DNA of 64,000 bases, from positions 7,254,001-7,318,000 of the forward strand of contig OZ076419.1 of assembly GCA_964187785.1 (NCBI GenBank), in the 5' to 3' direction. Position 1 is the stretch's first letter; the number at the start of each line of letters is the position of its first letter. Origin of the DNA: Amphiscolops sp. MND2022 (lineage: Eukaryota). Both the position numbers and the translations under genes were made by a program. Below the pieces are notes generated by a model that searched no databases, was not told the DNA's origin, and saw only the letters and a program-made list of their open reading frames with translations. Positions 1 to 11,575 of this stretch are shown here, piece after piece.

Positions 1-1500
1 GCCAATAACAAGCTTTTGATGAATAGCCATCTGAATATCTTCGTTTCCGCAGTCCTTCGAATGAATGGTTACATTGACAATCTCACTGTAGTGGCATTCA
101 AAACTATTTATTCCGCTGCCAGTTAGACCGTGCTTGACTCCCTGCAGATTAAGTTGGTCTGCTGACGTTTTATCAATCCATGACAGACTAGATCCACTAT
201 CAACTAACGCGAGGAGTTTCACCCTGTTTACATTGTTTGAGAGCTCCACTTTGTACACAGGTAGATTGCCAAAGGTGTTCAAACGTACGCTTGCATGAGT
301 CTCCACATTCTTCGTTGACGTTGTTTTAGAGTTTTTGGTCTCTTCCGGTCGGTGCAGTAATCTGTTGTGACGTCTTTTGCAGCCGTCGATTCCACATTCT
401 TTCATCTTGCAATCCTTCACTGCATGTCCCCCGCGGAAACATAGGAAGCACAATTTGTTCCCTTTCACCTTTTTGTATCTGTCTATAGGAGCCAGTTTCT
501 TGAAGGCATCACAAACCCATAATCCATAGGTATTACCGCAGACAACACACTTGATTGGACCTTTTGGATTAGAATTAAAGGTAGACAACCCTGTCTTGTT
601 GGCAGTCGCAGACATGGATGATCCTGTTGTTTTTGATCGGTCAGCCGACGTGGACTGCTTCTTGTTGATGCTTTGCCTGAATTGAAGGAGCAGTTCATCA
701 TGAACGAATGCAATGTCGTTCAACCACTCACTAAATTTACTGAAGTTTGCAGTTTGGTATTTTTGTCCTTTTGCATAGAACAACCATTTCGTTTTCAGCT
801 CTGGAGGTAATTTTCTGACAGCGCTGTTCAATACAGACTCTGAGCTAAGATCACAAGTATAGCTGTAATGATTAAAGACACTAACACACGTCGTTATGAG
901 TTGGGCAACTTTGATAATTGTCGCCGAGTCGTGAGACTTGATGAAAGGGTACGTGTGAATGAGTTTCAATTGAGAATTAACCACTGTTTGAGGTCGACCA
1001 AAGTTGCGAACTAACGTGTTCCAGGCAGTGTGATATAACGCCCCAGAGTAACCAAGGCCTGCGATTGCGGCTTTGGCTTTGCGCTCCACCAACGTCTTCA
1101 AATAGTTCTTTTTCGCGTTGTCGTTGATTGGCGCATTGTGAATAACTGCATTGAATAGACTGGACCATTCGAGCCACTCCAGAGGATCACCTGAAAAATC
1201 GGTCATCTTCAGTTTCGGTAGACTGGATGTTTGGACTGTCCACTGGGGCAGGACAGGTTGTTGGAAAGGCAATGAATCGAAGCGTGAGACCCTGTTGGGC
1301 ACTTCGCAATTTGCATTGAGATGTCGTTTCGGTGAGAATTTATTTGATTTTGAGAGACTTTGGCTTCTATCACCTCGGTCATTTACCCTTCCGCATTTGC
1401 GGTCGGTAGAAGGGTCCTTCCGCTCAATTACTTTCGAGGGTTGTCCTCTACAAATTCTTGAAGCCCCTGGATCGTTTGAGATAACAGTGATTCCTTTTAC
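1..1500 (-). pseudogene. BEL/Pao gag (DUF1759-like, Zn knuckles) and aspartic protease, frameshifted
   Basis: Motifs as above. The ORF track misses it because of frameshifts. Confidence 0.85.
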
Positions 1501-2372
1501 AGTTTGCAAAACATTCTGTGAATTTTGCTTTTGAATATACACAACATCGCCGTTTTGATCTAACCAGCTTTTGATGTCGCTGTTCTTATTGGCATTAATT
1601 GATGTCTACATCAGACTGGGACTAACAGTTGACCCATTACAAGAGCCTTAGCCTTCCTCGATTTGAACTTTCATTTCCTGCATCTTAAGGGAGGTGTGAT
1701 CCCTTAAATCATCCAACTCTGTTTCAGCTTGCATTTCTTTGAGTTTCATTTCCATTTGTCACTGCATGAGTTTCAGTTCCAATTCTCTTTTTTTTCTCGA
1801 TTGCCATTCGTGATTCATGTTCCAGAAGTTTTGCTCGACTCTCAAGTCGACGACGTTCACTTAGTCGTGAAGATCAGGAACCGATGTTGGAATTTTGATA
1901 CTTCGAAGGCTCACTGGCAGCACTTTTCTTCGTGGATGGAAAATTACTGGTAGATTGCTTGCGCTCCTGACTCACGTCCGCCGGAGCTTTGTATTTTGAA
2001 GAGCCTTTCTCGTATCTACTTGACTCGTCTAGAGAAATTGTGTCATTAAAACTCTTCAGTAATTTCAAACTCTTATCCATTTTCCCGACAGCACTTTTCT
2101 TGCAATTACCTTGATCTGTTTCAGGATAAGTCGAGGGATTGTGGGTTTTCGAACGTTCTGCGGCTATCGTTGCATCTTCTGTCGCAAGGTTTTCTGGTGC
2201 GGTGTTCGTATCCTTGCTATCCGGGTATACATAGCCGATTCATTCATTTGTTGCTTTCTGAAGTTCTCTCTCGACATCAGCTAAAGTGGCTTCCTTCGGT
2301 GCAAAGAACTACCGATTGCCAAAATGCAGATTCATCAGAGTTTGTTGCTCCTTCAGAGTTTTGTCCATTTCG

Positions 2373-3028
2373 TCATCTCTCGAACTTTTGGTAAGCTAAT
2401 TTGACTTTAGTTGATCTAGCGCCCTGTGCAATCAATGAACCTGTCGTGAATATTTCGTCTTGAATCTTGACACGGTAGTCGTTAATTTGGTCTGATAACT
2501 TACAGTAAGGTAGGGACTGTCCTTTAGCCTTCCAATTAGGGTGAACAATTTCACATCCTTTCAGTTTGCTGAACAATGTTGAGCATTCTTTGTAAAGTTG
2601 ATCAAGCCCACTCGTTTGACAACGCAAGACTTTGCGACGCTCTGACTGATACTTGTCTTTGAGCAGGTGAATGTAACTGTTGCATTCGTTAGTTATTCCT
2701 TCATTGGATTTGGTGTGATCTTGATAAAGACTACCCAATTCGTAAATACTGGGTTATTAATCTGTTCCTTTAGATTTCAGTCCTCGAACTTTGAAGATAT
2801 CGGTGCTATTGCTTCAATTGTTTTAGCAAATCGCAGGTCGTGTTCTCTCCATTCTGCAGCATTGGATGAGATCTTCAAGGCGTCCGAAATTAACAACACC
2901 TGTGTTGTTCCGCCTTTCTTCACTGTCATTACCTTCGAGTCGGTTACGTCAAATGATGTCGCCATCCTTGTACAGTTACTTGTGCTAAATTGTATGCTAT
3001 GTAATATTTTGGCCAACCCGATGGACAA
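2373..3028 (-). pseudogene. N-terminal ORF fragments of the BEL element, function unknown
   Basis: ORFs 2777-3028 and 2373-2738 lie between the PBS and the gag core on the same strand. No motif recognised. Confidence 0.45.
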
Positions 3029-3182
3029 TTAATCAGATCCTCTGTGACGTGATTGCAATGTCCAAATAAATTAGAATTTTTCCTCTTCAAGATAAGAGCA
3101 AACCAGTAGGGAATCTACAAATCTAACAAAGCGAGAATTGAAGAACAGTAGAAGTTAGAGATAGTTAATATCAACGCAACCT

Positions 3183-3200
3183 TCCCGGGTCGCGGCACCA
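3183..3200 (-). promoter_or_regulatory. Primer-binding site of the BEL element
   Basis: Minus strand reads TGGTGCCGCGACCCGGGA, 3 nt after a ...TTTACA LTR end. It is complementary to a tRNA 3' end UCCCGGGUCGCGGCACCA (Phe/His-type acceptor stem; isotype not resolved). Confidence 0.8.
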
Positions 3201-3203
3201 AAG

Positions 3204-3621
3204 TGTAAAGCCTGATTCTAGTAGCTTATGCGTTCGAACCAGGGATACTTTTAACTTGTAAAAAGTAGTAAAGTTCCCAAAAACTCTACAAACCCGTGAT
3301 AAAAACTGAATATTTCAACTTCTAAAAACACTCACAACTTGCTTTCAAGAAGTCAATTTTCTGTTCTAATATGATTATACTACATCTCAGGTACATCGAC
3401 TAAAAGTGTAAACAATATAGAAGTAAATATTTATGCGGAAATATGAAGTTATGAGGGTATATCCGCTGATTCACAACAAATAACTACACTTTCGTGATCA
3501 GTAAATACACTATCTTGGGCATTTTCTGCCTATCTAAGTAGGCCAATATCGGCTACAATTACTCAAATATGTTCTCACCACCCGATCACAAACAAATATG
3601 AGGGCTAAAGTGGGTTAAACA
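3204..3621 (-). repeat. Putative 5' LTR of the BEL element
   Basis: The inner end (TTTACA before the PBS) is clear. The outer end (TGTTTAAC at 3621) is a guess because no second LTR is in the window. Confidence 0.45.
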
Positions 3622-4737
3622 GGAAATGGAGGGCAATATTTGCGAGAAAAGTGATATTGATCGAAATGTCCAAAATTCCCCCATAAAAACTTTTTTGAAA
3701 AAAAGTTGCTTTGATTCCAGTTTTTTGTGCCAAATCAGTAATTTGGCTCAAATAAGGTAGTTAGCCGCTATTTTGGGAATGATTCTTTTATTGGGGTCGA
3801 AGTTATGACACTGCAAAATCACCCAATTTGAGGTCTTTTTTCTGTACTGCTTTTCAGGCCTTTTCATCGACCTAAACTAATTTTGGCTACTGGATCATAA
3901 TTAGTTACATAAATATTTTAGTTTTAGCTTTCATACATTTCTAAATTCGAATTTGCTCATTTTTGCGCCAGTTCTGATACGTTATGGCTTCTTCATGAAA
4001 AACTACTATTTATCAAGGCTGTTTGACTCATTAGTAAATATTGTACTGAGATAAAACCTCAACCGAATTAAGACTAAATAACCAAAAATTGTTTAGGTCG
4101 AAATTGCGGACGGTTGAAAATGTGAGCGGTTGAAATGGCAACGGTTGAAATTGCATATATTGAAAGTGTATAGTATGAAATGTCATGTAACCGCTTGATT
4201 TCACCAAAAAAATTTCTCAACGGAGAAACCTGATCATCACTCCAGGTCTTCAGATGAAATCAACACAGTTTTTCAGTTCGTTTTCTCCTGTGGATAGAAC
4301 TCTGAACTAATAGTGACGTTTTTGCCCAGTTTTTTGAAGCAGTCTTACATTCCCTATTAACCATTTGTCTTTTAACGATGTATTGTTAGGAGTTTTGGAG
4401 AATATTCTAAATAAAAAGCTGCTTCCAACCCTGGTTTTTCCATTCTGGATACTGCTTCGCGGTCCTTTCTAGCAAAGTGGTTTTTTTGCAGAAGGGGATC
4501 TTCTCGTTACAGGGTAATTGTATTTCGAACTCATCCAATTCTTTGTAAAACTCCAAATCACCTTCTGGGGCACCACTAACTTGAGCCATTATTCTTGTTT
4601 TTTTTTTCAATTTTGAATTGATATAAAGTCGGGGCAAAATCACACTCAAGTTGGCAACAACAACGCAAACTTGACGGCGGAAAGTGTAAGAGATAACGAA
4701 CGGCACTGTTACAAATATAAGGGTTGTAAGTAGTATA

Positions 4738-4917
4738 GGTGGTTGCGGATATGAGACCAGTCTAGAAAAATAGAATAAAAAATAATATTTAACCGAAACA
4801 TATCCATGCACAAAACTCATTCGCTTCGCTCATTCGTTTCGTTCATTCAAGTTTGATTATATATTAGTTTTTATTCTACTTTTTTAGACTGGTCTCATAT
4901 CCGCAACCCCCCCCCCC
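4738..4917. mobile_element. Small TIR element (MITE)
   Basis: ~40-bp inverted repeats: GGTTGCGGATATGAGACCAGTCTAGAAAAATAGAATAAAAA (4741-) and TTTTTATTCTACTTTTTTAGACTGGTCTCATATCCGCAACC (-4908), with G/C-run ends. Confidence 0.75.
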
Positions 4918-5646
4918 ATTATTGTTTTTTTTTCGCTTGATATTGTTAATGTAATTGTTTTTTTCGCTTGATATTGTTAATGTAATTGTTTTTTTCGCTC
5001 GATTATATTTCTAATTTCGAGTAAAATTATGTTAATATTTTTAGCGCTGTAGATTTGAAACTAGAATGAAATCTCGAACAATAACTCGAACAAAATTCAG
5101 ACTATCATTCACTTATTGTATTTTAGCACGTGTGTTTTATTGCTTTCAGCGATAACATTCTTCACATTCCTGTGTATCCGCACCTTGGCAAGCTTATAAT
5201 TTTCTTACTCTAATAGTCTCTTGAGAAAAAGTTGAACACTTGAGTGATTATAATTACACCACTTAACATGAATTTTTTTACAAACTTTTTTTTTCGGGGA
5301 TAACTATGAGGAATTAATTGTTCTTGTTTTTGGTAATGTGTTCGTCTTGATAAGAGGATTAAAACGAAATGTCGTAGGTTGAAATCGGTTCTGTAGATGT
5401 AAATTACAACAAAGTGAAGAACAAATGTTTTTGAAAATGTTCTACCTCGAACAAAAACTTTTGAAAAAGTTCTGTTTAGATTGATGTTGTTCATAATACT
5501 TTAAGTTTCTTTCACCGCGATGAAGAATTTTAGTTTTATTTTTGTTTGTATTTGGTCTTTGTTTTCCGTGAATAAATTTTTCTCTTTTAGTCATTTATTA
5601 GGAAATATTTATTTACAATCATTTTCACTTTTTACAGAATTAAATT

Positions 5647-6153
5647 TTAACGAACAATCAATAATTCACTTTTATTTTCTTTATAAACAATTTTACTAGA
5701 GTTAAAACAATTATTATCTATAACTTTCATAAAAGCTACACCTTTCTTCAATTCACATAAAATTTTTACATATTTGTCAACTAAAAACTTTGCACAAGTT
5801 TTATCAATATCATTCAAAATTTGATCAACATCAATTATCCATTCCGTTTCATCTTCTGTCTCTGCAATATTGATTTTATTATTATACACTCCTTTATTTT
5901 TAGTATAATCTAACACATCTAATTTAATTGATTTACAAAAATATTCTTCTTCAATTTCACAATCAGAAAACTCATTATAACATATATTATCAGTTTTACA
6001 TCTTTTTACAAATTCTATAGGTTGCCGAGTAATAGGAGAAGTCTTAGATTTCTTCATCCACTCTTTCAACAATGTTTCTTCATACATATAACCATCATTA
6101 CGAATAACAGCATGTCTAACTCCTATTTGGTTGATTGGACAAATTGGATTCAT
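5647..6153 (-). CDS. U-box domain protein (putative E3 ubiquitin ligase), 168 aa, in the Polinton
   Basis: N-terminus ICPINQIGVRHAVIRNDGYMYEETLLKEWMKKSKTSPITRQPI follows the U-box consensus (CPIT.E.M.DPV...DG.TYER..I..W......SP.TR.PL). ORF is intact. Confidence 0.8.
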   Translation of the reverse strand: MNPICPINQIGVRHAVIRNDGYMYEETLLKEWMKKSKTSPITRQPIEFVKRCKTDNICYNEFSDCEIEEEYFCKSIKLDVLDYTKNKGVYNNKINIAETEDETEWIIDVDQILNDIDKTCAKFLVDKYVKILCELKKGVAFMKVIDNNCFNSSKIVYKENKSELLIVR

Positions 6154-6173
6154 TTTAATTATGAAATATGTTT

Positions 6174-6960
6174 TTAATTATTGAATGCATATGCATTATT
6201 AAACTGCAATCGATAATCTAATTCATTTAATTTATTACCTTTACTAAGATTGTCTTCTTTTAAAAGAGGTTGCGTGTTTTTCCAGTTGAATGCTTCTAAC
6301 AATTCATCATCATTACTAACATCAAATGACGAAATAGGCTTTACATGATGAACATGAATGTTGTTCCAATTCATTACTTCTGTCATTTGGTACTCGATCC
6401 AGCGTTTATATGTTTTAATATCAATTCCTAAAATTTCCTTGGTTTGAAAAGACTTTGACTTACCATCTAGAGCGCAATTATTTCGTCTTCTTGTATTGTC
6501 TATCAGTTTTACATATTCATCAGTTTGACGTCCATTTCGCATATAATCATTTATCTTTTCTCTATTCTTTTGAAAAAATTTTGTGCTGTACTCTTTAAGT
6601 TTGTCTGAATTTTCCACACGATATGCTTTCATGTATTCGCTTTTCTTTTTTTAATTTTTCTGTACATAATCTTTATCATAATCTCTCTTTTTTCTATGTT
6701 TTTCCTTCGATATTTGATTCTCTCTTCTTTATTCTCAACATAATTTTTTCTTCCTTTTTCTGTCAAACATTTCTTTCTGTCAAACTGTTTTTCATTCGAT
6801 ATTTAATTCTCTCTTCTTTATTCTCATCATAATATTTTCTTCCTTTTTCTGTCAAACATTTCCTACATTCTTTTCTGAACCTATTTTGTTCTTTTCTAGA
6901 ATAAACACTTGATAAACCTTTATCTACTTCGCAGACTGAACTTTTTTGTTTTTGTTCTTC
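6174..6960 (-). pseudogene. HNH / endonuclease VII-like nuclease with charged N-terminal region, 5' part disrupted
   Basis: C-terminus MNWNNIHVHHVKPISSFDVSNDDELLEAFNWKNTQPLLKEDNLSKGNK matches HIDH..P...F.......CF...NLQPL...NL.KG nucleases. The N-terminal part has RKECRKC and a ~68-bp direct duplication (6706-6773 and 6795-6862). Confidence 0.75.
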
Positions 6961-7057
6961 ACTCAGTCAATAAAAACTTTTTAATTGAAATAATTTTACA
7001 CAATATAGTAAGGTAACATCTGATTCAATTCGTTTGGAGGATGTCGTTTCAGCTGAT

Positions 7058-10000
7058 TTAAATTCGCCTGGAACTCTTTAAATTGTTTTGTCTTCTCTTC
7101 ACACTCTTTACATATACTTTCACCACATTTGTTACAAAATCTATCTCTAGTTGGAATAACAACACCTCAAAATATTTCTTCCAAGATAAAGGAAAGTTTC
7201 CACTAACCTTAATACCTTCTTGCATCTCAAAGTATTTCTTCGAATCCAACAACCTATTCACATCACCAAAACCTTTAAAAGTTTTTATCTCTTCAGCAAC
7301 TCCATATTCATTAACATTTAAACAATATTTTATTTTTGGTGCTAAAAAGAATCCGAAGAAAATTCCACCACCAAAATCTGAAACATCGTTTTTACCTTGA
7401 CCTAAATTACTTCCAACATATCCAGTTGAATTCAAAATGTCCCATTGTTTCTTTTCAATATACAAACTATCAGTATCTTGGTGAAATACATTATTTGTTT
7501 TAAACCCATCTATAACTTCAACAAAGTTATTCATAATTCTTTTGCTTTTACTCAGAAAAAACGCTCCTAATTGTGAATGCATAGTGTTTTTGTCATCAAC
7601 TGGAGTATCAACACCCTCATCAATAGATAGTTGAACTATATAATCACCATTTGGCAATTTCCAAGAATCTTTAACTCTTTCATCATACTCTATTTTCATC
7701 CAATTCTCCGTTTTACAACAAAACTCATCTTCAATATCTCTACGAATAGTTTGCCCATGTATGCTGTTCATATTCGGTTTGACCATTTCTTGTAGGATAT
7801 TATTACCTTCCGTTTTAAATTTCAATCTTAAATCAAACAAGTTTTTATTGAACTCTCTAAAAGGTGATACTGTGAAGTTTTCTCTATAAATTACACCTTC
7901 CATAAACTTCTATAACTTTTCCACCAACTCTTACAATTTCTCGAATGTCAACACTTGTTAGAACATCAACAATACATCCATTTCTCAACCTATTGACTTC
8001 AACTTTCTTCACTTCTTCCTCCCTAACAGAAATGTGTTGCAGAATAATATCTTGTGAATTGAAACATTTAATTTTTAGAATTTCTGATTTTGTAAACGTT
8101 TTCGTTTTGAACTGATTAACAATTTCATCATTCATTTCTGATGTAAAAGCATATACAGTTTCAATTTTTGGATAAACAGATGTCTCATCATACATAGCAC
8201 TTGGATATAAACTCGTTGAATCGAAAGCCACTAACAAATCATCACGAATAAGTGTTTGAAGTTTCTTTGATATATCCAATTCAGATAATTTTTCGTTAAT
8301 GTATTTCTCTTTGACTTTTTGTTTAACTTGTCTATAATCTATATAATTCGATAAAGATTCAGTTTCATATTTATTTTTAAACTCTAATATATTTGGAGTA
8401 ACCTTTTTTTATTTCATATTTATTACCATTAACTTTTAACTCATCACTAATAGCTTCAAACTCTTTGTTAGAGTTTTGTGATTCTTATGATTGATTGAAT
8501 GCTCCTACTTTTCCTCCCTTGATTGATTGTCTAACAAAATGTCTCATGTGTTTGTCAGCATATGCAGAAATTGTTTGATCATCTACACACCGAGAAGACA
8601 TAAAATGTTTCCACCCTAGAGAAGGTAGTGATAAACAATCATTCATTCCAAATCCAGTGATTGAAGACATATTCATTGCATATCTCGCATATATGAACGC
8701 TAAAGACAAAATATCCATTTTAAAACACGGTTCCCACTCACTTCGTTTAGATTCCCACGTGTCTTCATAAATTTCCTTATGATCCATTTCTTGCTTAAAC
8801 AAGAGAAGATTGTACTTTGTAAGTTTCACCTAGTTTTCCTAATGAACTTTTCATATGATTCATACTTCATGTGAAAGTAAGCTATTGTGGTTCTCCTTTT
8901 GACTTGATTTAACATTCACCATTCCATTAAAAATCTTCAAACTATTTATTCCTTTACCATTTTTAACTAGGTTAATAAAATTTTACTCCCTTCAGGTAAG
9001 GTATTGAAAATAATCCAAGTGTCAAACCCAGAACCATTATGAGCGATTAATTTTGAATCATTTTCGGCTATATATTCTTCTCCATTTCTAATAAATTTCT
9101 TTGGTTCACCTTTAAGTAATCGCAATCGTTCAAACTATTCAGTTATACAGTTTTCACCTTCAAAAAGTCTTGCATCATTCAAACATTTATCAATTTCATC
9201 TTGAGTCAAATCACGATTCCATTTTGAAGCTAATTGTGAAACGGGATAGAAACCAATAGCGTAGGGGACTGCTCTGTCTTTGTTGTATGTTTCAATGTCA
9301 TAAACACATACATTGTTTAATTGGCTTTCTATAGTATTTGGTTTGAAATTGTATTCTACATATTTATTTACAAAATAACAATTTACAAAATTATTAACTA
9401 ATTTAAAGTTGACTTGAAGTTCTTCGACTGCTTTCTTTAGGGAATCACCCCAAATACAACAGAAGTGATTGTTATGTAAATACAAACATTTTTTTCGTTC
9501 TTTAACACTTCTGGGCAAAACTTCTTTTCCATTAAAATATTCTATTTCAATTCCATTTTTCTTAACAAAAGGTTGAATTCTTGCAAGTGTCATAACATTC
9601 TTTCTTCTATCACCTTCACTAATGAAGTCTAAATATTGTTGAGTATAATCATTTCCGGTTAGATAATTAATACATTTAACAAAACAATTATTTCCAGTTA
9701 GAATATAGCAGTTGGTTCCGAAGTATTCTTGAATGTTGTACAGATGATTGCTTGCTCTACCATAATTACTTCGCTTTAAGGGTTTGAAATCAAGTTGAGG
9801 AAGTTGAAAAGCATCACCCTCAAAAACTACATCTCCTCCATCATATTTTTCATCAATTTTTTCAATGTAAGATTCGAAGTCATTAATATTCTTGAAACGC
9901 ATGTTAGTTTTCTTTTTGATTCCGTTTATTGTCATTTCACCAACGAGTTCAAATCCACGGTTTCCATCATTTAATTTCTCGCGTATTTCATAAATCTTTA

Positions 10001-10114
10001 ACCCCTGATGTTTGACCTGTCGGCTTCTTCTAATTCAAAAAATCTACCTACATCTATATCTTCAACATCAACGTCACTAGACTGCCTCTTTGAGTTTCGT
10101 TCTTTGGCTCTCAT
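7058..10114 (-). pseudogene. polB: Protein-primed family B DNA polymerase (pPolB), frameshifted
   Basis: Exo I VYDIET, Exo II IAHNGSGFDTWI (~9050), polymerase motifs AFDSTSLYPSAM, K...NS.HGQTI, HQDTDSLY and FLAPKIKY across ORFs 9135-9935, 8485-8829, 7884-8279 and 7058-7903. ATG at 10114 follows a TAATAA motif. Confidence 0.93.
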
Positions 10115-10475
10115 TTATTAGGAAACTATTACTTGAAATGATTTTTACATCTTCATCAATTTTAAGAATGGTCCGTATAAATTTCCTTAATTCTTCAGGA
10201 CTTTTTTTCAATCAAATCATTCAGTTCAGTCATTTAACAAGTATAAATATATTGAGTATCATCTGTTTGTTTAATTTTTTAAAAAATATTTTTTTGTAAT
10301 TGTTACAACTCTTTAAATGTTGGTGTCATAGTAATTGGAATTAACAAAAAAAGTTAAACAATTTTCCATCCCTAAACAGATATTCGAATCAGGGTAGTCA
10401 AAATTAAAGTCTGTGTTATTAACAAGTTCAACAAAACTTTAATATTTTTCACTAGTAAAAATTATATATCCGTCA

Positions 10476-10724
10476 CTAATTACTTGAAACTGAAACTTTT
10501 ACTATGGTTAATTCACATGAATCTATGTTCTGCCTTTTATGAGGAATATATTCATCATCGCTTTCATCTTCTGAAACATCGCTTTCATCTTCAGAAACAT
10601 CACAATCATCTATGAAGTCTTCATCTGAGGTATGTACATTTTCGGCTGACGAAATATCACTGTCTGAGTAAATTGTTTCATCATCTGAGAAATCAGATTC
10701 AGTATCGGAGTGGAAGTCCGTCAT
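10476..10724 (-). CDS. Small highly acidic (D/E/S-rich) Polinton protein, 82 aa
   Basis: Intact ORF preceded by CTATAATAAATG. No known domain. Confidence 0.6.
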   Translation of the reverse strand: MTDFHSDTESDFSDDETIYSDSDISSAENVHTSDEDFIDDCDVSEDESDVSEDESDDEYIPHKRQNIDSCELTIVKVSVSSN

Positions 10725-11049
10725 TTATTATAGAAAAAAATTGAATAGTGACATTAAGTTTTTCTCCTTTCGTAGCAGTTAGAGCAGTAGCAATTAAATC
10801 ATAATAGTTCATATTTGCATAATAGATATCTGATACCATCCACTTCATCATTCTAATTGCATCGTTTCCAGCTCTATGAATTCCTTTTGAATTTTGGGAG
10901 AAATAATCAGTTTCAAAGTCTTCAGGCATCTCATCAAACTTTTGTAAAATCCTTGCTATAACAATCAACTTTTTCAGTTTAAGATATGTTAAAGCAGTCG
11001 CAAGCAGATCAAAGTGAGTGGCTGATGGAATTAATGACTCAACTTCCAT
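10699..11049 (-). CDS. Polinton accessory ORF with an internal repeat, 116 aa
   Basis: HFDLLATALTYLKLKKL and YYDLIATALTATKGEKL are two copies of one motif. Confidence 0.5.
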   Translation of the reverse strand: MEVESLIPSATHFDLLATALTYLKLKKLIVIARILQKFDEMPEDFETDYFSQNSKGIHRAGNDAIRMMKWMVSDIYYANMNYYDLIATALTATKGEKLNVTIQFFSIINDGLPLRY

Positions 11050-11081
11050 ACATATACTGATTATTTTTGGTGTTGCATACG

Positions 11082-11504
11082 TTAATCGGTTAGTGATACA
11101 AGCATTCTGTTTGCTTGTAGTTTAGTTAATTGCTGTTTCGTTTTATCAATAACAATGTTACACGAAAGACATACGAATTCTGTAGCATATTCTAAAAGTA
11201 AGTTTCTACCACATTTCATGCACATTGACGTGTTTCTAAGAATGAAATTTTTTTCTGCATCAAAACCTATGTAGTCTGGGTCTGTGTCTGTTTCGGTTGT
11301 TGTTTTTTTAGAATCAACTAAAACAAGAGAACCATCATCAAGTTCAATGACAGTTTTGTTTTTATCTTGTTTAACATTACTAATAGCTTCATTTCTTGTC
11401 TTCAGAGATTTGGGTGCAACTGTCTCTCTAAAAACTTTACCTTCTTGAATTATGTTTTTATCGTTTTTGCATTCAGTATAAAAATTATTATTCAGGTACT
11501 TCAT
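11082..11504 (-). CDS. Polinton accessory ORF with C-terminal Zn ribbon, 140 aa
   Basis: CMKC-x13-CLSC. Preceded by CTATAATAAATG. Confidence 0.55.
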   Translation of the reverse strand: MKYLNNNFYTECKNDKNIIQEGKVFRETVAPKSLKTRNEAISNVKQDKNKTVIELDDGSLVLVDSKKTTTETDTDPDYIGFDAEKNFILRNTSMCMKCGRNLLLEYATEFVCLSCNIVIDKTKQQLTKLQANRMLVSLTD

Positions 11505-11575
11505 TTATTATAGATTAATTATTTGAAATGAATTTTCAATTTTTGCATTACAACTTCATTTTCAGCAAGTGTTAG

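Larger units (their letters stand above)
1..3621 (-). mobile_element. BEL/Pao LTR retrotransposon, 5' portion (LTR, PBS, gag, protease); runs off the window start
   Basis: Manual minus-strand translation gives a Pao gag core (LPKLKMTDFSGDPLEWLEWSSLFNAVIH...LVRNFGRPQTVV, ~1230-700), Cys/His knuckles (LCFLCF...CKMKECGIDGCKRRHNRLLH, ~470-350) and the aspartic protease motif LALVDSGSSLSWI (DSG at 193-201). The frame is broken by frameshifts and stops. Confidence 0.9.

Noticed and set aside
4407-4820. 137-aa minus-strand ORF
   Set aside because: Its 5' half runs through a MITE end, and the remainder has no motif I can assign.
7058-10114. Phage or linear-plasmid polymerase / bacterial contamination
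   Set aside because: It is linked to a Polinton-type integrase and embedded among eukaryotic retroelements and intron-containing genes.
10367-10438. tRNA-like stretch on the minus strand (GTTA...AGACTTTAAT...TTCGAAT)
   Set aside because: It has a TTCGAAT loop and a partial anticodon stem, but the T and acceptor stems do not pair. tRNAscan-SE would be needed, and I do not support a call.
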